Notes: generated by a model from the letters alone, not told the origin. A stretch of DNA of 64,000 bases from a virus (IMGVR_UViG_3300033148_007488:1-64000); one strand, 5' to 3'; counted from the stretch's first letter, positions 17,492-26,856 are shown. Program-made: numbers and translations.

Positions 17492-18432
17492 TGCAAGTTC
17501 CTAAATTACTTCTTTTCAGTCCTTTCCAAAAAGGTTTCGTCAGGGCTCATACCCGTAAAGGTAAAACCGTTGGCCCCTATTTCACGAAACGCCAGAAAAA
17601 AATAGGCACTGTCAAGCACACCAAAAAAACAAGAGTGGACTATTCCGAAAAGGATGCTCAACTCAAAATCAAACTCTTGGAAGAAAAAAAGAAACACCAT
17701 AATCTCCACGTCGAAGCGGCTAAAGAACTAAAAGAAAAAGTCGATTCTCACAAAGCAAAAGGCCATTCAACCTTCAAAATAGGCAACAAAGAACACGACA
17801 TCTCAAAGGTCGCCAAAGATCTGAATAACCATATTGAACACCACTCTAACGAGGTCAAATCACACGATAATCATATCTCAAAGATCAAGGATCGATATAA
17901 AACGGATAGGGAGTATTTTGCTAAGAAAAAAGTGGTAAAAACAATCGTAAAAAAAGAAAAACCGAATATGCACGTTGATTTATCGAATCTTCCAAAATTG
18001 GAAGGTGTTTCAGAAAAACAAGTTAGTTATGCTAATGATATAAGGGATGTTGTTTTAAACAATGATATTATAAAAGTTCTTGATGCGACAAAAGAAAATT
18101 ATGATAAATCAATAAAAGAACAAAGAGAACGGCTAAGAAGCAGAGGAAAATCAGATAGCAAATCGCTTTTAAGAAAAATTGAATATCAAAAAACTATTGA
18201 TAGATATAAAAATTTACTTGGAAGATTTAAGAAAGAAACAAGCGCATCCTTTTTTTTAGATCATCACCATTCTATGTTAAAAGTTTATAGACGGTCTACT
18301 ATGTCAGAAAGAATGCAGCAAATGAGTGATGATTGGATCAAGAGCGAAAATATAAAAGATGCCAAATCATACATTGAGTATGACTTGGCAATGAGGGACA
18401 ATCCGATTATGCCAATGTTAAGCAAGCTTTAA
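17488..18432 (+). CDS. Paralog A of a putative packaged/ejected protein family. It has the conserved N-terminal module plus a unique C-terminal domain.
   Basis: The N-terminus MMQVPKLLLFSPFQKGFVRAHTRKGKTVGPYFTKRQ.. is shared with ORFs 20136, 26853 and 29452. About 450 nt at the 5' end are roughly 90% identical to 26853..27300. Confidence 0.6.
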   Translation: MMQVPKLLLFSPFQKGFVRAHTRKGKTVGPYFTKRQKKIGTVKHTKKTRVDYSEKDAQLKIKLLEEKKKHHNLHVEAAKELKEKVDSHKAKGHSTFKIGNKEHDISKVAKDLNNHIEHHSNEVKSHDNHISKIKDRYKTDREYFAKKKVVKTIVKKEKPNMHVDLSNLPKLEGVSEKQVSYANDIRDVVLNNDIIKVLDATKENYDKSIKEQRERLRSRGKSDSKSLLRKIEYQKTIDRYKNLLGRFKKETSASFFLDHHHSMLKVYRRSTMSERMQQMSDDWIKSENIKDAKSYIEYDLAMRDNPIMPMLSKL

Positions 18433-18949
18433 ATTCATCCTTGGTTATGTTTGAGCATAATACATTTATCTGTTCAGCATGTTCTTTGATATTTCTAGCT
18501 CTATCAAATACAAATTTCCATGATATATCTTGTCCGCCTTGTGATAAATTTAAACTCTTACTTACATATGTTTTGTTAGTGACATTCCTATCGTAAATAG
18601 TCATCCATTCGCTTGTGCCATAAATATGTAATTCAAAACCATCTGGGATTACAAATAATTTTTTATGTTTTCCTCTCATAAAACCGGATTTTATCTTTGA
18701 TATCCATATGTTTTTTTGTGAAGTCAGATCTTGTAAGTGAACCCCAACTTTCCCTTCTTTTTTATGGTTATACCGCTCGTTAATTTCTTGAATGTTGTCA
18801 TTCACCCATTTTCTTGATTCAAAAATTTGTTGCGAATTATGAGCAATATACTTTCTCCAGCCTAACTTGCACCCTATTTTTAGACTTTGAATATCATTAG
18901 ACTGGAATTCGTGGCTATAATCTATCCCATTAGATAATCTAAATTTCAT
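18407..18949 (-). CDS. Hypothetical protein.
   Basis: ORF of 180 aa, convergent with paralog A. Confidence 0.45.
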   Translation of the reverse strand: MKFRLSNGIDYSHEFQSNDIQSLKIGCKLGWRKYIAHNSQQIFESRKWVNDNIQEINERYNHKKEGKVGVHLQDLTSQKNIWISKIKSGFMRGKHKKLFVIPDGFELHIYGTSEWMTIYDRNVTNKTYVSKSLNLSQGGQDISWKFVFDRARNIKEHAEQINVLCSNITKDEFKACLTLA

Positions 18950-19200
18950 GATATAGCCTTATCCACACAGGCTCTCATTTTTTCATCAAAAGAGTCATCT
19001 TCGTACTGATCAAAATCATCATCTTGTTTTGTGAGTAAACGATAAAACCCGTATGGAGTATGGCGGAGCGGTATCTCAATTTCAACATTACCGTTTTTAT
19101 ATGTGATTTCAAGTTCTATTTCATTGAGTATTTTTACTGATGTTACAAAATAATGTGCTGTTGCTATTCTAACACCTTGTTCCAATGTTGTTTTTAACAT
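18946..19200 (-). CDS. Hypothetical small acidic protein.
   Basis: ORF of 84 aa. It is preceded (on the - strand) by the repeated promoter-like element and GGAG. Confidence 0.45.
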   Translation of the reverse strand: MLKTTLEQGVRIATAHYFVTSVKILNEIELEITYKNGNVEIEIPLRHTPYGFYRLLTKQDDDFDQYEDDSFDEKMRACVDKAIS

Positions 19201-19206
19201 CCCAAT

Positions 19207-19480
19207 CTCCAGTTTTGATGTTTTGTTAAATCTTTGTGACTCAACTTGATATTAGTAGATCATAGTAAATTTACTAATGCAAGCTTTATTTGAATTTATC
19301 CACGAGTTTTTTTAATAAAACATTCGCTGGATCATCTGGCTTCCTGTCTTCCCAGTTTCTAAGGAGTTTTGTCGCAAAAGCCTTGAACCCCATGTTCAAA
19401 CCAGCTTCCTGAATCATTTTATCCATTCGTTGGTTCTTGCGTTTTATTAGTTCTTTTTTTGGTATTGCTGCCATGTTTTC
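19207..19480. repeat. Copy 1 of a ~270-bp duplicated segment (small basic-protein gene plus a ~85-nt upstream-element module). A second full copy lies at 28331..28600 and a partial copy (element only) at 19981..20060.
   Basis: 'CTCCAGTT..AAATCTTTGTGACTCAACTT(G/A)A(T/C)ATTAGTAGATCATAGTAAATTTACT(A/T)ATGCAAG' plus the near-identical 61-62-aa ORF. On the - strand the element ends in GGAG followed by the ATG of the downstream gene. Confidence 0.55.
19286..19474 (-). CDS. Small basic protein (62 aa), paralog of 28409..28594.
   Basis: 'PKKELIKRKNQRMD.M..EAGL.MGFK.FATKLLRNWEDRKPDDPANVLLKKLVDKFK' is nearly identical in the two copies. Confidence 0.5.
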   Translation of the reverse strand: MAAIPKKELIKRKNQRMDKMIQEAGLNMGFKAFATKLLRNWEDRKPDDPANVLLKKLVDKFK

Positions 19481-19495
19481 CTTTGAATTTGATTA

Positions 19496-19524
19496 AAGCC
19501 CCGAAGGGCTTATTTTTAAAAATA
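19496..19524. terminator. GC-rich tetraloop hairpin AAGCCC-CGAA-GGGCTT (a UUCG loop on the minus-strand RNA), followed on the + strand by ATTTTTAAAAAT.
   Basis: A perfect 6-bp stem. It sits 4 nt after the stop of 19516..19974 and 22 nt before the next start. It may be a terminator or an RNA-stability element. Confidence 0.3.
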
Positions 19525-19974
19525 CTTTTCAACTTCTTTTCGGAAAGAAACGGATTCTGTTTTCCAATCATACCGTTCAGAAATTTCTTTTAGTTCTCCA
19601 TTATCCTGAACTTTATAAATAAGACCCTCTTTATATCCATTTTTAACTGATCCACAAGGTATGCATTCAATTACAATAGAACCTGAATCAATTTCATGCT
19701 GCCCTTCTGAGAGAAAATCACCGACATATGCATAGCCATCTTTTTGAGTTGAGTCTATTGAGGTTACATGTTTTAGCCATGATTCACGTCTTCCACTCGC
19801 TGTTCTTGTCACGATAGTAACAGTAACGAGTTTATTTTTAGATTTCGGTTCAACTGTTTCCTGAAGTTCATTTTTCCAATCATTCAACATTGTATCGGCT
19901 TTCCCGCCTTCAATAAAGCTATTCCGTTTAAGATCTGCTATAATTTCACAGATAAAGTCTAAATCTTTTTTCAT
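19516..19974 (-). CDS. Hypothetical protein.
   Basis: ORF of 152 aa. It is preceded by a copy of the repeated upstream element. Confidence 0.5.
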   Translation of the reverse strand: MKKDLDFICEIIADLKRNSFIEGGKADTMLNDWKNELQETVEPKSKNKLVTVTIVTRTASGRRESWLKHVTSIDSTQKDGYAYVGDFLSEGQHEIDSGSIVIECIPCGSVKNGYKEGLIYKVQDNGELKEISERYDWKTESVSFRKEVEKYF

Positions 19975-19980
19975 ATCAAT

Positions 19981-20060
19981 CTCCAGTTGATTTATTTTGC
20001 TGAATCTTTGTGACCCAACTTAATATCATTAGAACAAAGTAAACTTACCTTGTCAACCCA
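19981..20060. repeat. Partial third copy of the upstream element (CTCCAGTTGATTTATTTTGCTGAATCTTTGTGACCCAACTTAATATCATTAGAACAAAGTAAACTTAC).
   Basis: It lies immediately upstream (on the - strand) of gene 19516..19974. Confidence 0.45.
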
Positions 20061-20135
20061 TATTTCACCCTTTGAAAAATAATTTAAAATAAGTAATATA
20101 ATCCATGGAGACACTAACTAATATTAAGGCTTATA

Positions 20136-21893
20136 ATGATTATTCCTTTATTTACTCTTTTCACCCCTTTTGAAAAAGGTTTCGTCCACGCTACAAGCTA
20201 CACAAACAAGCAAGGAAAGCCTGTTCACCGTAAGGCATACACAGACAAGCGTATTGCCAAAAAAGTAGTAGCAAAGGACAAAATACGCACTCCATGGACC
20301 AAAGATAAAACCTACCAAGAAGTCAAAGAAAAGCTTCACACCGAAAGAGACTCACTAAAAAAGAAACTCGAAGATGTCCGGGCTCACAAAGAAGAACTCC
20401 TTGAAGCAAAAAAGAAAGGATACACCCACACAAAAAGAGGAATCAAGGTTGATCATGAACACCACCTGAAAACCCACGAAAAGAATATCCATGAAAAACT
20501 GGAAACCACCAATCACAAAATCATGCTCCACGCAAGTCACAAAGAGTTGCTTAGAGAAAAAATTGAGGAGACAAGGGAGAAAGCGAGAGAAAAAAGAAAA
20601 GCCACTTCAAAAGAATTCAAAAATCAATCTGAATACATGGATTGGTACAGGAAGCAATCCACAAAAATAAAGGATGAACATAAGCTTAATAAAACTGATG
20701 GGAAGTTGATTGCATCGTGGGGTAAACCTTCAGAAAAGAAACCTCTTCCTAAAAAAGCTGTAGTGGTTAAGGATAAAAAGAAAGTCTCTGTTCCCCCTAA
20801 AGTTGCAAAGCAAAAAGAAAAAGATATTAAATTTTATACTAGACGGTTAGAAAAAGTTAAAGATCATTGGGGCGGTGATAACAAAAGCGGTTCTATGGGT
20901 GCTCAGGAAAAAGGCCCGTTAATGATAAAATATGCTCAAGCACAGCTTGACGCTGTTAAAAATGGAAAAAGTCCTTTTGAAGTAAAATTAAAAGAGGAAA
21001 AGATAGTAGTCCCCAAGGAAAAAGAGATTGATTATTCAAAAATCAAAGTAGGCAGAGAAGACTACAAAGAAAGAAAAGAAGCTAAAATTGACCGATTAAG
21101 AGATAGAGCAGAAAAAGCGCAAAGTGAATCTGATTCCAGATATAAATCAGCAAAGCAAACGGCTGATATGATACCATTCGGGCAACCTATTTTAGTTGGA
21201 CATCATTCTGAAGGAAGGGCAAGAAGAGATCAGCAAAAAATTCATGATAATATGGGCCGTTCAATCAAAGCACAGGAAAAAGCTGGAAGATTAAGTGATA
21301 GAGCAGACTCCGCAGAAAATAATCGTTCTATCTCCTCAGATGACCCAGAGGCGGCAGTTAAGCTAAAACAAAAGCTTGATAATTTAGAAAAACTTCAAGC
21401 AAAAATGAAAGAAATAAATGCAGCTTACAGGAAGTTTAAAAAGAATCCTGCCACACTTGATAAATCTGGCTTAGAAGAAAATCACAAGAAAACAATCAGA
21501 GATTTTGTCCCTCAATATTCATGGGAAAAAGGACCATTCCCATCATATAGAATGACAAACAACAACGCTACTATCCGCAACACTAAAAAGCGTTTAGATG
21601 GCATGGTAGCCAGTTCGGGTGCAGAAACAAAAACTCTTTATGAAAAAGGAGATATTAAGGTAGTCGATAATGTTGAAGATAATAGAATTCAAGTGCATTT
21701 CCCTGATAAGCCAGATGAAGCAACAAGAAAAGCTCTTAAATCGAATGGTTTTAAGTGGGCTCCTAGTGTTGGAGTATGGCAACGCAAGCGGTCTCCTAAC
21801 GCCAGATTCTCGACTAAGTATTTAATTAAAGAGTTGGAGTCTATGTCCAAGTCCGTAGCAATTCCTTTAATGCTATTATTCAAAGCTGTCTAA
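20136..21893 (+). CDS. Paralog B of the packaged/ejected family. It has a divergent N-terminal module (MIIPLFTLFTPFEKGFVHA..., K/H-rich helices) and a C-terminal DUF3560-like region.
   Basis: The LF.PF.KGFV motif is shared. The C-terminal 'IPFGQPILVGHHSEGRARRDQQKIHDN' resembles the DUF3560 family I recall from plasmids and phages (..iPfGQPilvGHHSe.r.rr...). Confidence 0.55.
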   Translation: MIIPLFTLFTPFEKGFVHATSYTNKQGKPVHRKAYTDKRIAKKVVAKDKIRTPWTKDKTYQEVKEKLHTERDSLKKKLEDVRAHKEELLEAKKKGYTHTKRGIKVDHEHHLKTHEKNIHEKLETTNHKIMLHASHKELLREKIEETREKAREKRKATSKEFKNQSEYMDWYRKQSTKIKDEHKLNKTDGKLIASWGKPSEKKPLPKKAVVVKDKKKVSVPPKVAKQKEKDIKFYTRRLEKVKDHWGGDNKSGSMGAQEKGPLMIKYAQAQLDAVKNGKSPFEVKLKEEKIVVPKEKEIDYSKIKVGREDYKERKEAKIDRLRDRAEKAQSESDSRYKSAKQTADMIPFGQPILVGHHSEGRARRDQQKIHDNMGRSIKAQEKAGRLSDRADSAENNRSISSDDPEAAVKLKQKLDNLEKLQAKMKEINAAYRKFKKNPATLDKSGLEENHKKTIRDFVPQYSWEKGPFPSYRMTNNNATIRNTKKRLDGMVASSGAETKTLYEKGDIKVVDNVEDNRIQVHFPDKPDEATRKALKSNGFKWAPSVGVWQRKRSPNARFSTKYLIKELESMSKSVAIPLMLLFKAV

Positions 21894-22190
21894 TGTGCGA
21901 AGGTTGCAGGATCATCATAAAAATGTAATAATCATATAATTTTAACGCTAAAGGTCATCAGCGGCCACAAATCCAGCCCATAGAAAGGGCTAGAATAAGA
22001 CAATTAATTTCACATTACAGCGGCGATTAACCCGTCTGCTGTACCGATTTGTTAGTTTTTTAAAAGGTAGAACGATGACAAAAGTTAATATGTTTGCATA
22101 TAAAATGAGAATGTCTGAATTAATAACAGGCAACCCGTTAGCATGGTTTTTGAATCCTGGGTATTGGGTAAAAAGTAATGCCCCTAAAAA

Positions 22191-22889
22191 TCACAAACAA
22201 AATCTCGACAACTGTTTGAAATTTTCTTGCATTAAATCTAAAGGTGATGAATAGCAAGAATATGAAAATGCTTTCCCACCACTAAATACAAACATTGATC
22301 CGACTTCACCAATCAATGATGGTTCGTCAGATTTGTCCTTTTCTATTAGTTCCCTGAAATATTTAGCGGGGTCTTCCGTGATTCTGGTTTCGTTAAAAAC
22401 GATATTCAAAGACTGCTTGTTGGCCAGAGCGAAAGGAATTAATCTGCGGTCACGGCACAAAACATAATTTAGTTCGTCTTTTATTTCTTCTGGAGGGTAT
22501 ATGGTGATTATAGCTCGATGGATTGTGAATTCCACATAATCTAATATAATCAATTCAGGGCGATTTTTAAGTAAAAGAGCGTATTCAGCATCTGTCAGCT
22601 TTTCCTTAATAACACCGTGAGTAACTTTGCTGTAATATTTCGCTAGATCAGTAATTTTTTTTAACAATGATTCAACATCATTATATTTATCATGTTTTTC
22701 AAATTCTGAAAGATAAGAAATAGGATCTATTATTTCTGATATGCTGTCTGAGCCACAAATAGCAATAGCATACCTATTGCCGACATAGCTAATCTTATCC
22801 ACCCTAATATTGTGCTTCGATTCTAAATTATCAGCAGCCAACACTCCAAACTTATCTTTTTTCGAAACGTACCCATAAATAGCTGTCAT
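22191..22889 (-). CDS. Hypothetical protein.
   Basis: ORF of 232 aa. The N-terminus is MTAIYGYV... Confidence 0.5.
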   Translation of the reverse strand: MTAIYGYVSKKDKFGVLAADNLESKHNIRVDKISYVGNRYAIAICGSDSISEIIDPISYLSEFEKHDKYNDVESLLKKITDLAKYYSKVTHGVIKEKLTDAEYALLLKNRPELIILDYVEFTIHRAIITIYPPEEIKDELNYVLCRDRRLIPFALANKQSLNIVFNETRITEDPAKYFRELIEKDKSDEPSLIGEVGSMFVFSGGKAFSYSCYSSPLDLMQENFKQLSRFCL

Positions 22890-22966
22890 ACATTTCTCCT
22901 ATGCTATTTGATTAAAAAATCCCTCTTTTGATATGATCACCTAAACCTCAAATTTAAGGAGACGAA

Positions 22967-23302
22967 ATGGGGCTCAAAACCATAACAACAGAAGAATTAA
23001 ATAAAAAAACAGAAAAAGAACTTTTGGTCCTCATTTTTAGAGAACAAGAAGCCACCTATCACGAAACTAATAGTGTAAGCTACCAGCTTAGATTAATCGC
23101 TTCATTAATGATGATTAATCAAAATCATGAAGGGATTAAAAAAGCTGGATTTGAAGGGCTTATACCAATGAAGCACCTAGGAGTGACGAAAGAATACCTG
23201 CAACAAGTGGGTGTTTCGCTAGATCTTGGATGGTTCCAAGGAGATCAGACTTTTGGTCAGGAGACAGCTCAGGATGATTCTCAATCCGATCAGAAAGTTT
23301 AA
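22967..23302 (+). CDS. Hypothetical protein.
   Basis: ORF of 111 aa with a strong SD (AAGGAGACGAAATG). It overlaps the convergent ORF 23160..23639 by about 140 nt, so one of the two may be shorter or spurious. Confidence 0.4.
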   Translation: MGLKTITTEELNKKTEKELLVLIFREQEATYHETNSVSYQLRLIASLMMINQNHEGIKKAGFEGLIPMKHLGVTKEYLQQVGVSLDLGWFQGDQTFGQETAQDDSQSDQKV

Positions 23303-23639
23303 GGAGTAGGTCAAGGCCTGAAGAGTTATTAACTGTAGCGGTCGAATTATCGAAGGCGATGCCCGCACCATGAATAGAACCATTGAAATTTATGCTTGTG
23401 TTACCACCCTCAACGACACCACGAACAATATTGTATCCTTTTTCAGTCAGCTTAATTGATTGCCCATATTCTTGTTTGATAAGGTCACGTTCAAAAAGAG
23501 GACTTAAAACATAATTGGGGTCCGAAGTGTTCACGGCTTTGAAAATTAATGTTTTAGGAATAGGTTTAATTCCCTCTTTTTCATGAGTATCAGCCATGAA
23601 TTTTAGGATGTCTTTTTCTATTGGTGATAATGGTAACAT
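23160..23639 (-). CDS. Hypothetical protein.
   Basis: ORF of 159 aa with protein-like composition. It overlaps the convergent + strand ORF. Confidence 0.4.
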   Translation of the reverse strand: MLPLSPIEKDILKFMADTHEKEGIKPIPKTLIFKAVNTSDPNYVLSPLFERDLIKQEYGQSIKLTEKGYNIVRGVVEGGNTSINFNGSIHGAGIAFDNSTATVNNSSGLDLLLKLSDRIENHPELSPDQKSDLLGTIQDLAKHPLVAGILSSLLGASLV

Positions 23640-23826
23640 TTTCTATCCCATATTATGATGAATAAATTAAAAATAAAACAAGCTATCAGAGACATAGGTA
23701 TAGCCCTGAATTTAGTTAACAACACCATAGCCACGGATGACGTGAACGCACAGCCATCTGAAACATCATGGCAGGTTGACAATTCAAAAGAGATCGACCA
23801 GTTGAAGGAGCTTGAAAGATTACTCC

Positions 23827-24033
23827 TTAATGACACTGATACCTGCCCTTTATGTAATCACTGTAATGAGTTCCCTTAGACGTTGAGTTGTAAAAGCTAT
23901 CAAATACAACTTGAGGGACATTGCAGTACTCATAGGTGTCACCACTCTGTACAAATGTGACTTCCATTCGTTGTGTCATGGAGTCATAACCTATGGAACT
24001 GATGGCCCTTGATTGAACGTCAAATGTTTCCAT
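23827..24033 (-). CDS. KTSC-domain small protein.
   Basis: 'IGYDSMTQRMEVTFVQSGDTYEYCNVPQVVFDSFYNSTSKGTHYSDYIKGRY' matches the KTSC domain pattern (..Yd.....L.v.F..G..Y.Y..Vp..v...f..a.SkG..f...Ik..Y). Confidence 0.5.
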   Translation of the reverse strand: METFDVQSRAISSIGYDSMTQRMEVTFVQSGDTYEYCNVPQVVFDSFYNSTSKGTHYSDYIKGRYQCH

Positions 24034-24086
24034 ATTTTTACCACTAAAGAAGTTCTTAAACTAACTCGAAATCACTGGGCGGCTTT

Positions 24087-25118
24087 ATGCTCCAGTGTAT
24101 TTATTTGTTAAAAATGTGCGAAGAATGCAACCAAAAGCACCATTCTATATTTCAGTCTGGTGTTGAAACTGGCTTATCCCACTTTGACCAATTAGATACC
24201 TATTACCCTGGACTGAATCAATACGGTGTTGAATATGATAGCATGAAAAAAGCTGTTGTCATCAGTCCCCAAAAAGTAAGGTACGGTGAAGAGTCCTTTG
24301 ATAATTACATTCAGGAGCTTCTTGAAGAACTTAGTGATGGTTTAAGATTAGGAGATAAAAAAGAGCATATCAAAAATGTTCTACGAAAATTCAGTGACCG
24401 GAAATTTCAAGATAAGAACTGGTGGGGAAACCTGACTGAAAAGGAACTTGAAGAGCTTTTAGCAGGGATCAGGTCTTACTACCTTCCTCACACCGCAATG
24501 CTCAATTCTGGACTATCTGAGGCTTATATTTTCGGCAAATTCTCAAAACTTCTTACTGAAAGCATGTCTCTTAAGAAAGCCAGAGCGACAGTCAAAGGAT
24601 TAGAACTCACCACTTTTGATAAAGCAAGAATCGATGCCATTCAAAAGACCTCTCATATATTCTGGAACAAAGCGATCAGTAGAGAAGCAGATTCAGCAGC
24701 CATTAAATTACTCAAATACAACCGGGACGTAACAACTGAAATCCTCAAAGATCCAAATAGAAAGAATTGGCGGTCCTTGACCAGCGATATATACAACAGT
24801 ATAAATAAAGACAAATCAATTATTTTAAGGGATTTAGACAGAATTACGAGGACTGAAACGGCTTATTCTCAGAATTATGCGGTGTTGGCTTCGGGAAAAG
24901 ATACAGGGGCCAAATACTTTTTTGTTCAGGTCAGACCAACGGCCTGTAAGATTTGCAAAGGGATGTATCTTTACAAGAATGGGAAGCCAAGGCGGTTTTT
25001 AATTGAGGATGTTATGGATTTGCCAAGGGATCTTAATTGGGGTAAAAAACCTAATGATTTCAGTATGACAGCACCACCCAGTCACCCGTTTTGCTTTTGT
25101 AGAATTATGACAGAATAA
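24087..25118 (+). CDS. Phage head-morphogenesis protein of the Mu gpF / SPP1 gp7 (MuF) family.
   Basis: The C-terminal signature is 'RTETAYSQNYAV...APPSHPFCFCRI' (RTE....PP.HPnCRC). It lies in the effector block, away from the capsid module. Confidence 0.6.
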   Translation: MLQCIYLLKMCEECNQKHHSIFQSGVETGLSHFDQLDTYYPGLNQYGVEYDSMKKAVVISPQKVRYGEESFDNYIQELLEELSDGLRLGDKKEHIKNVLRKFSDRKFQDKNWWGNLTEKELEELLAGIRSYYLPHTAMLNSGLSEAYIFGKFSKLLTESMSLKKARATVKGLELTTFDKARIDAIQKTSHIFWNKAISREADSAAIKLLKYNRDVTTEILKDPNRKNWRSLTSDIYNSINKDKSIILRDLDRITRTETAYSQNYAVLASGKDTGAKYFFVQVRPTACKICKGMYLYKNGKPRRFLIEDVMDLPRDLNWGKKPNDFSMTAPPSHPFCFCRIMTE

Positions 25119-25147
25119 CAACGATATCAGTAACGTAGGAGGCGAAA

Positions 25148-25282
25148 ATGATAAAATGGGCAGTACTTGGGACAATATTTGTAATAGGTCTCTACTCAAT
25201 CATAGGAACAGTATGTCAAAGCAGAAACGAGTTTGTTTCTGGAATCTTAACTTTTACAGGGCTAAACCAAACCTGTAATAAA
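25148..25282 (+). CDS. Possible 44-aa single-TM peptide (MIKWAVLGTIFVIGLYSIIGTV...).
   Basis: I translated it by hand. It has a strong SD (TAGGAGGCGAAAATG). The overlapping - strand ORF 25216..25620 looks like a shadow. Confidence 0.3.
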
Positions 25283-25300
25283 TTGATCAAAAGGTGAATT

Positions 25301-25759
25301 ATGAATGAACAAAAATTGAGAGAGAACAATAAAAACCTGAAAATTGAGAATGACAAACTCATAATCAAGATTAAGGAATTGGAAAAGAACGCTCCTCTTC
25401 TGGAAAAATCAACAAAGAAAGTGGATGATCTTGGATCGCAATTAGAAGAATCAAAAAACAAAGTATCAGGTCTTTCCATTGAAGTGGAAAGCAGAGATTC
25501 ATCTATTAAAAACATGCAAGGCCAGATTTCAGCATTGGAAAAGAAGGTTGGAAAAGCAAGTGGACCTTTCCCACGTCTTCCTGTTAGAAATAGCAGCATA
25601 CAAAAAGCGGTTCTTGCCACAGAAATCGGAATCAGCGAAGATGAGCAATTACAACTTTATTATGTCGAGATGAAAGATAAAAATATCCCGGCATGTATGC
25701 TGAAAGTTCGGATGAAAAACGGAAAATGTACAAGTGCTGATTTCAGTCGGTGGAAATAA
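25301..25759 (+). CDS. Coiled-coil protein.
   Basis: ORF of 152 aa with heptad-like K/E-rich sequence. Confidence 0.5.
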   Translation: MNEQKLRENNKNLKIENDKLIIKIKELEKNAPLLEKSTKKVDDLGSQLEESKNKVSGLSIEVESRDSSIKNMQGQISALEKKVGKASGPFPRLPVRNSSIQKAVLATEIGISEDEQLQLYYVEMKDKNIPACMLKVRMKNGKCTSADFSRWK

Positions 25760-25778
25760 ACTTGAATTTAGGAGACGA

Positions 25779-26285
25779 ATGGAAGACGATCTATACGATG
25801 ACATTTTCAGCCAAAAAAAGAATTTACCTGTATCAACAAAGCCCAATAAGAATGTCAAAACAGTTGAAGAGAAGGTAAAATTATGGCAGGAAATAGCCAA
25901 TAGGTGGCGTACAACGATCACGCAAAATGAAAAGGTCATTGTTATTTTTTGCATGTTGGCAGGGTTTGTATACTCTTATGCTGTCAATGAATGTACAGGG
26001 AATTTTGATGTTCCAATCTATGTATACGCTATGGCATTTGGAATTGTTATCCTTTGTTCATTGCTATTGATAGCCGAAAAGACGTTGCCTTTGCTGGTAC
26101 TGGTTAAGTTTTCAGCAGCGGCAGCTTTCGGACATGTAGCTATGATGTTTTTGATTGTAGCTGATGGGCCTATTGGGGTATTTACGGTTGCAACGTGTAG
26201 TTCACCTGTAACTATCGACTCTGTTATGGTCTGGCTTTTTGGATCAGGTACAGGTTATATAGCCGCTAATTTTCAGATGGAATAA
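25779..26285 (+). CDS. Multi-pass membrane protein.
   Basis: The start is probably MEDDLYDD, preceded by SD GGAGACGAATG. The track starts the ORF at 25734. The C-terminal half holds 3-4 hydrophobic helices. Confidence 0.5.
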   Translation: MEDDLYDDIFSQKKNLPVSTKPNKNVKTVEEKVKLWQEIANRWRTTITQNEKVIVIFCMLAGFVYSYAVNECTGNFDVPIYVYAMAFGIVILCSLLLIAEKTLPLLVLVKFSAAAAFGHVAMMFLIVADGPIGVFTVATCSSPVTIDSVMVWLFGSGTGYIAANFQME

Positions 26286-26593
26286 TGATGAAATATATAT
26301 TCATTCTCCTCTTCTTAATTAGTTGTAATGGAGAAGTTAAAGAAAAACCTGAAGAAAAGGTCAATATTCAAAGATTGGTCGGGATACTCCAAAATGCCGA
26401 ACTCGATCAAGAGATTTTAGTCGGTGGAGGATTTAAAATTACCGGGCATTTTGATTACAAGATTAAAAATCGTGGAATAGAGGAAGAGTGCAAAGGTTCT
26501 ATTTTCAGAAAAGAGTTTCCTGAATCTTTCTTTTATTTTTATGTTGATTGTCGTGGGAATTATATGTTTAATCTTTTGAGGAAAAAAATATGA
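26285..26593 (+). CDS. Small lipoprotein.
   Basis: MMKYIFILLFLISC: the lipobox is L-I-S-C. The start overlaps the upstream stop (TAATGATG). Confidence 0.5.
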   Translation: MMKYIFILLFLISCNGEVKEKPEEKVNIQRLVGILQNAELDQEILVGGGFKITGHFDYKIKNRGIEEECKGSIFRKEFPESFFYFYVDCRGNYMFNLLRKKI

Positions 26594-26856
26594 GTTTTAT
26601 ATGGGATATATGGAGTCTTTACCATTTTTGGGCATTGCTCCCTGTAGCAATAATGTTTTTCTTTGGTGCGTTTCTTTGGGTAAAAGTTGTTACTCCAAGT
26701 GATTATCATGAACGGAAGGCATGGAAACAACAGCGAGAAAATAAGAAATCAGGTCAAACAAAGTTCAGGCGTGTTGTTATGACCTCAATGATCTTAGTGT
26801 TCGGGTTGATGGCTTCAACAACATTCTGTTTTTCCTTCTATATGGCACTCAAATGA
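26590..26856 (+). CDS. Small two-TM membrane protein.
   Basis: ORF of 88 aa with two hydrophobic helices. It is coupled to its neighbours by ATGA overlaps. Confidence 0.5.
   Translation: MSFIWDIWSLYHFWALLPVAIMFFFGAFLWVKVVTPSDYHERKAWKQQRENKKSGQTKFRRVVMTSMILVFGLMASTTFCFSFYMALK

Noticed and set aside
17488-17600. An exact T4-type capsid targeting sequence on the paralog N-termini.
   Set aside because: The conserved N-terminus (LLLFSPFQKGFV...) does not resemble the T4 CTS consensus or its LxE cleavage motif. The analogy is functional only.
25216-25620. 134-aa minus-strand ORF.
   Set aside because: It is antisense to the coiled-coil gene 25301..25759 and the small membrane-peptide ORF, and its hydrophobic low-complexity composition is typical of shadow frames.
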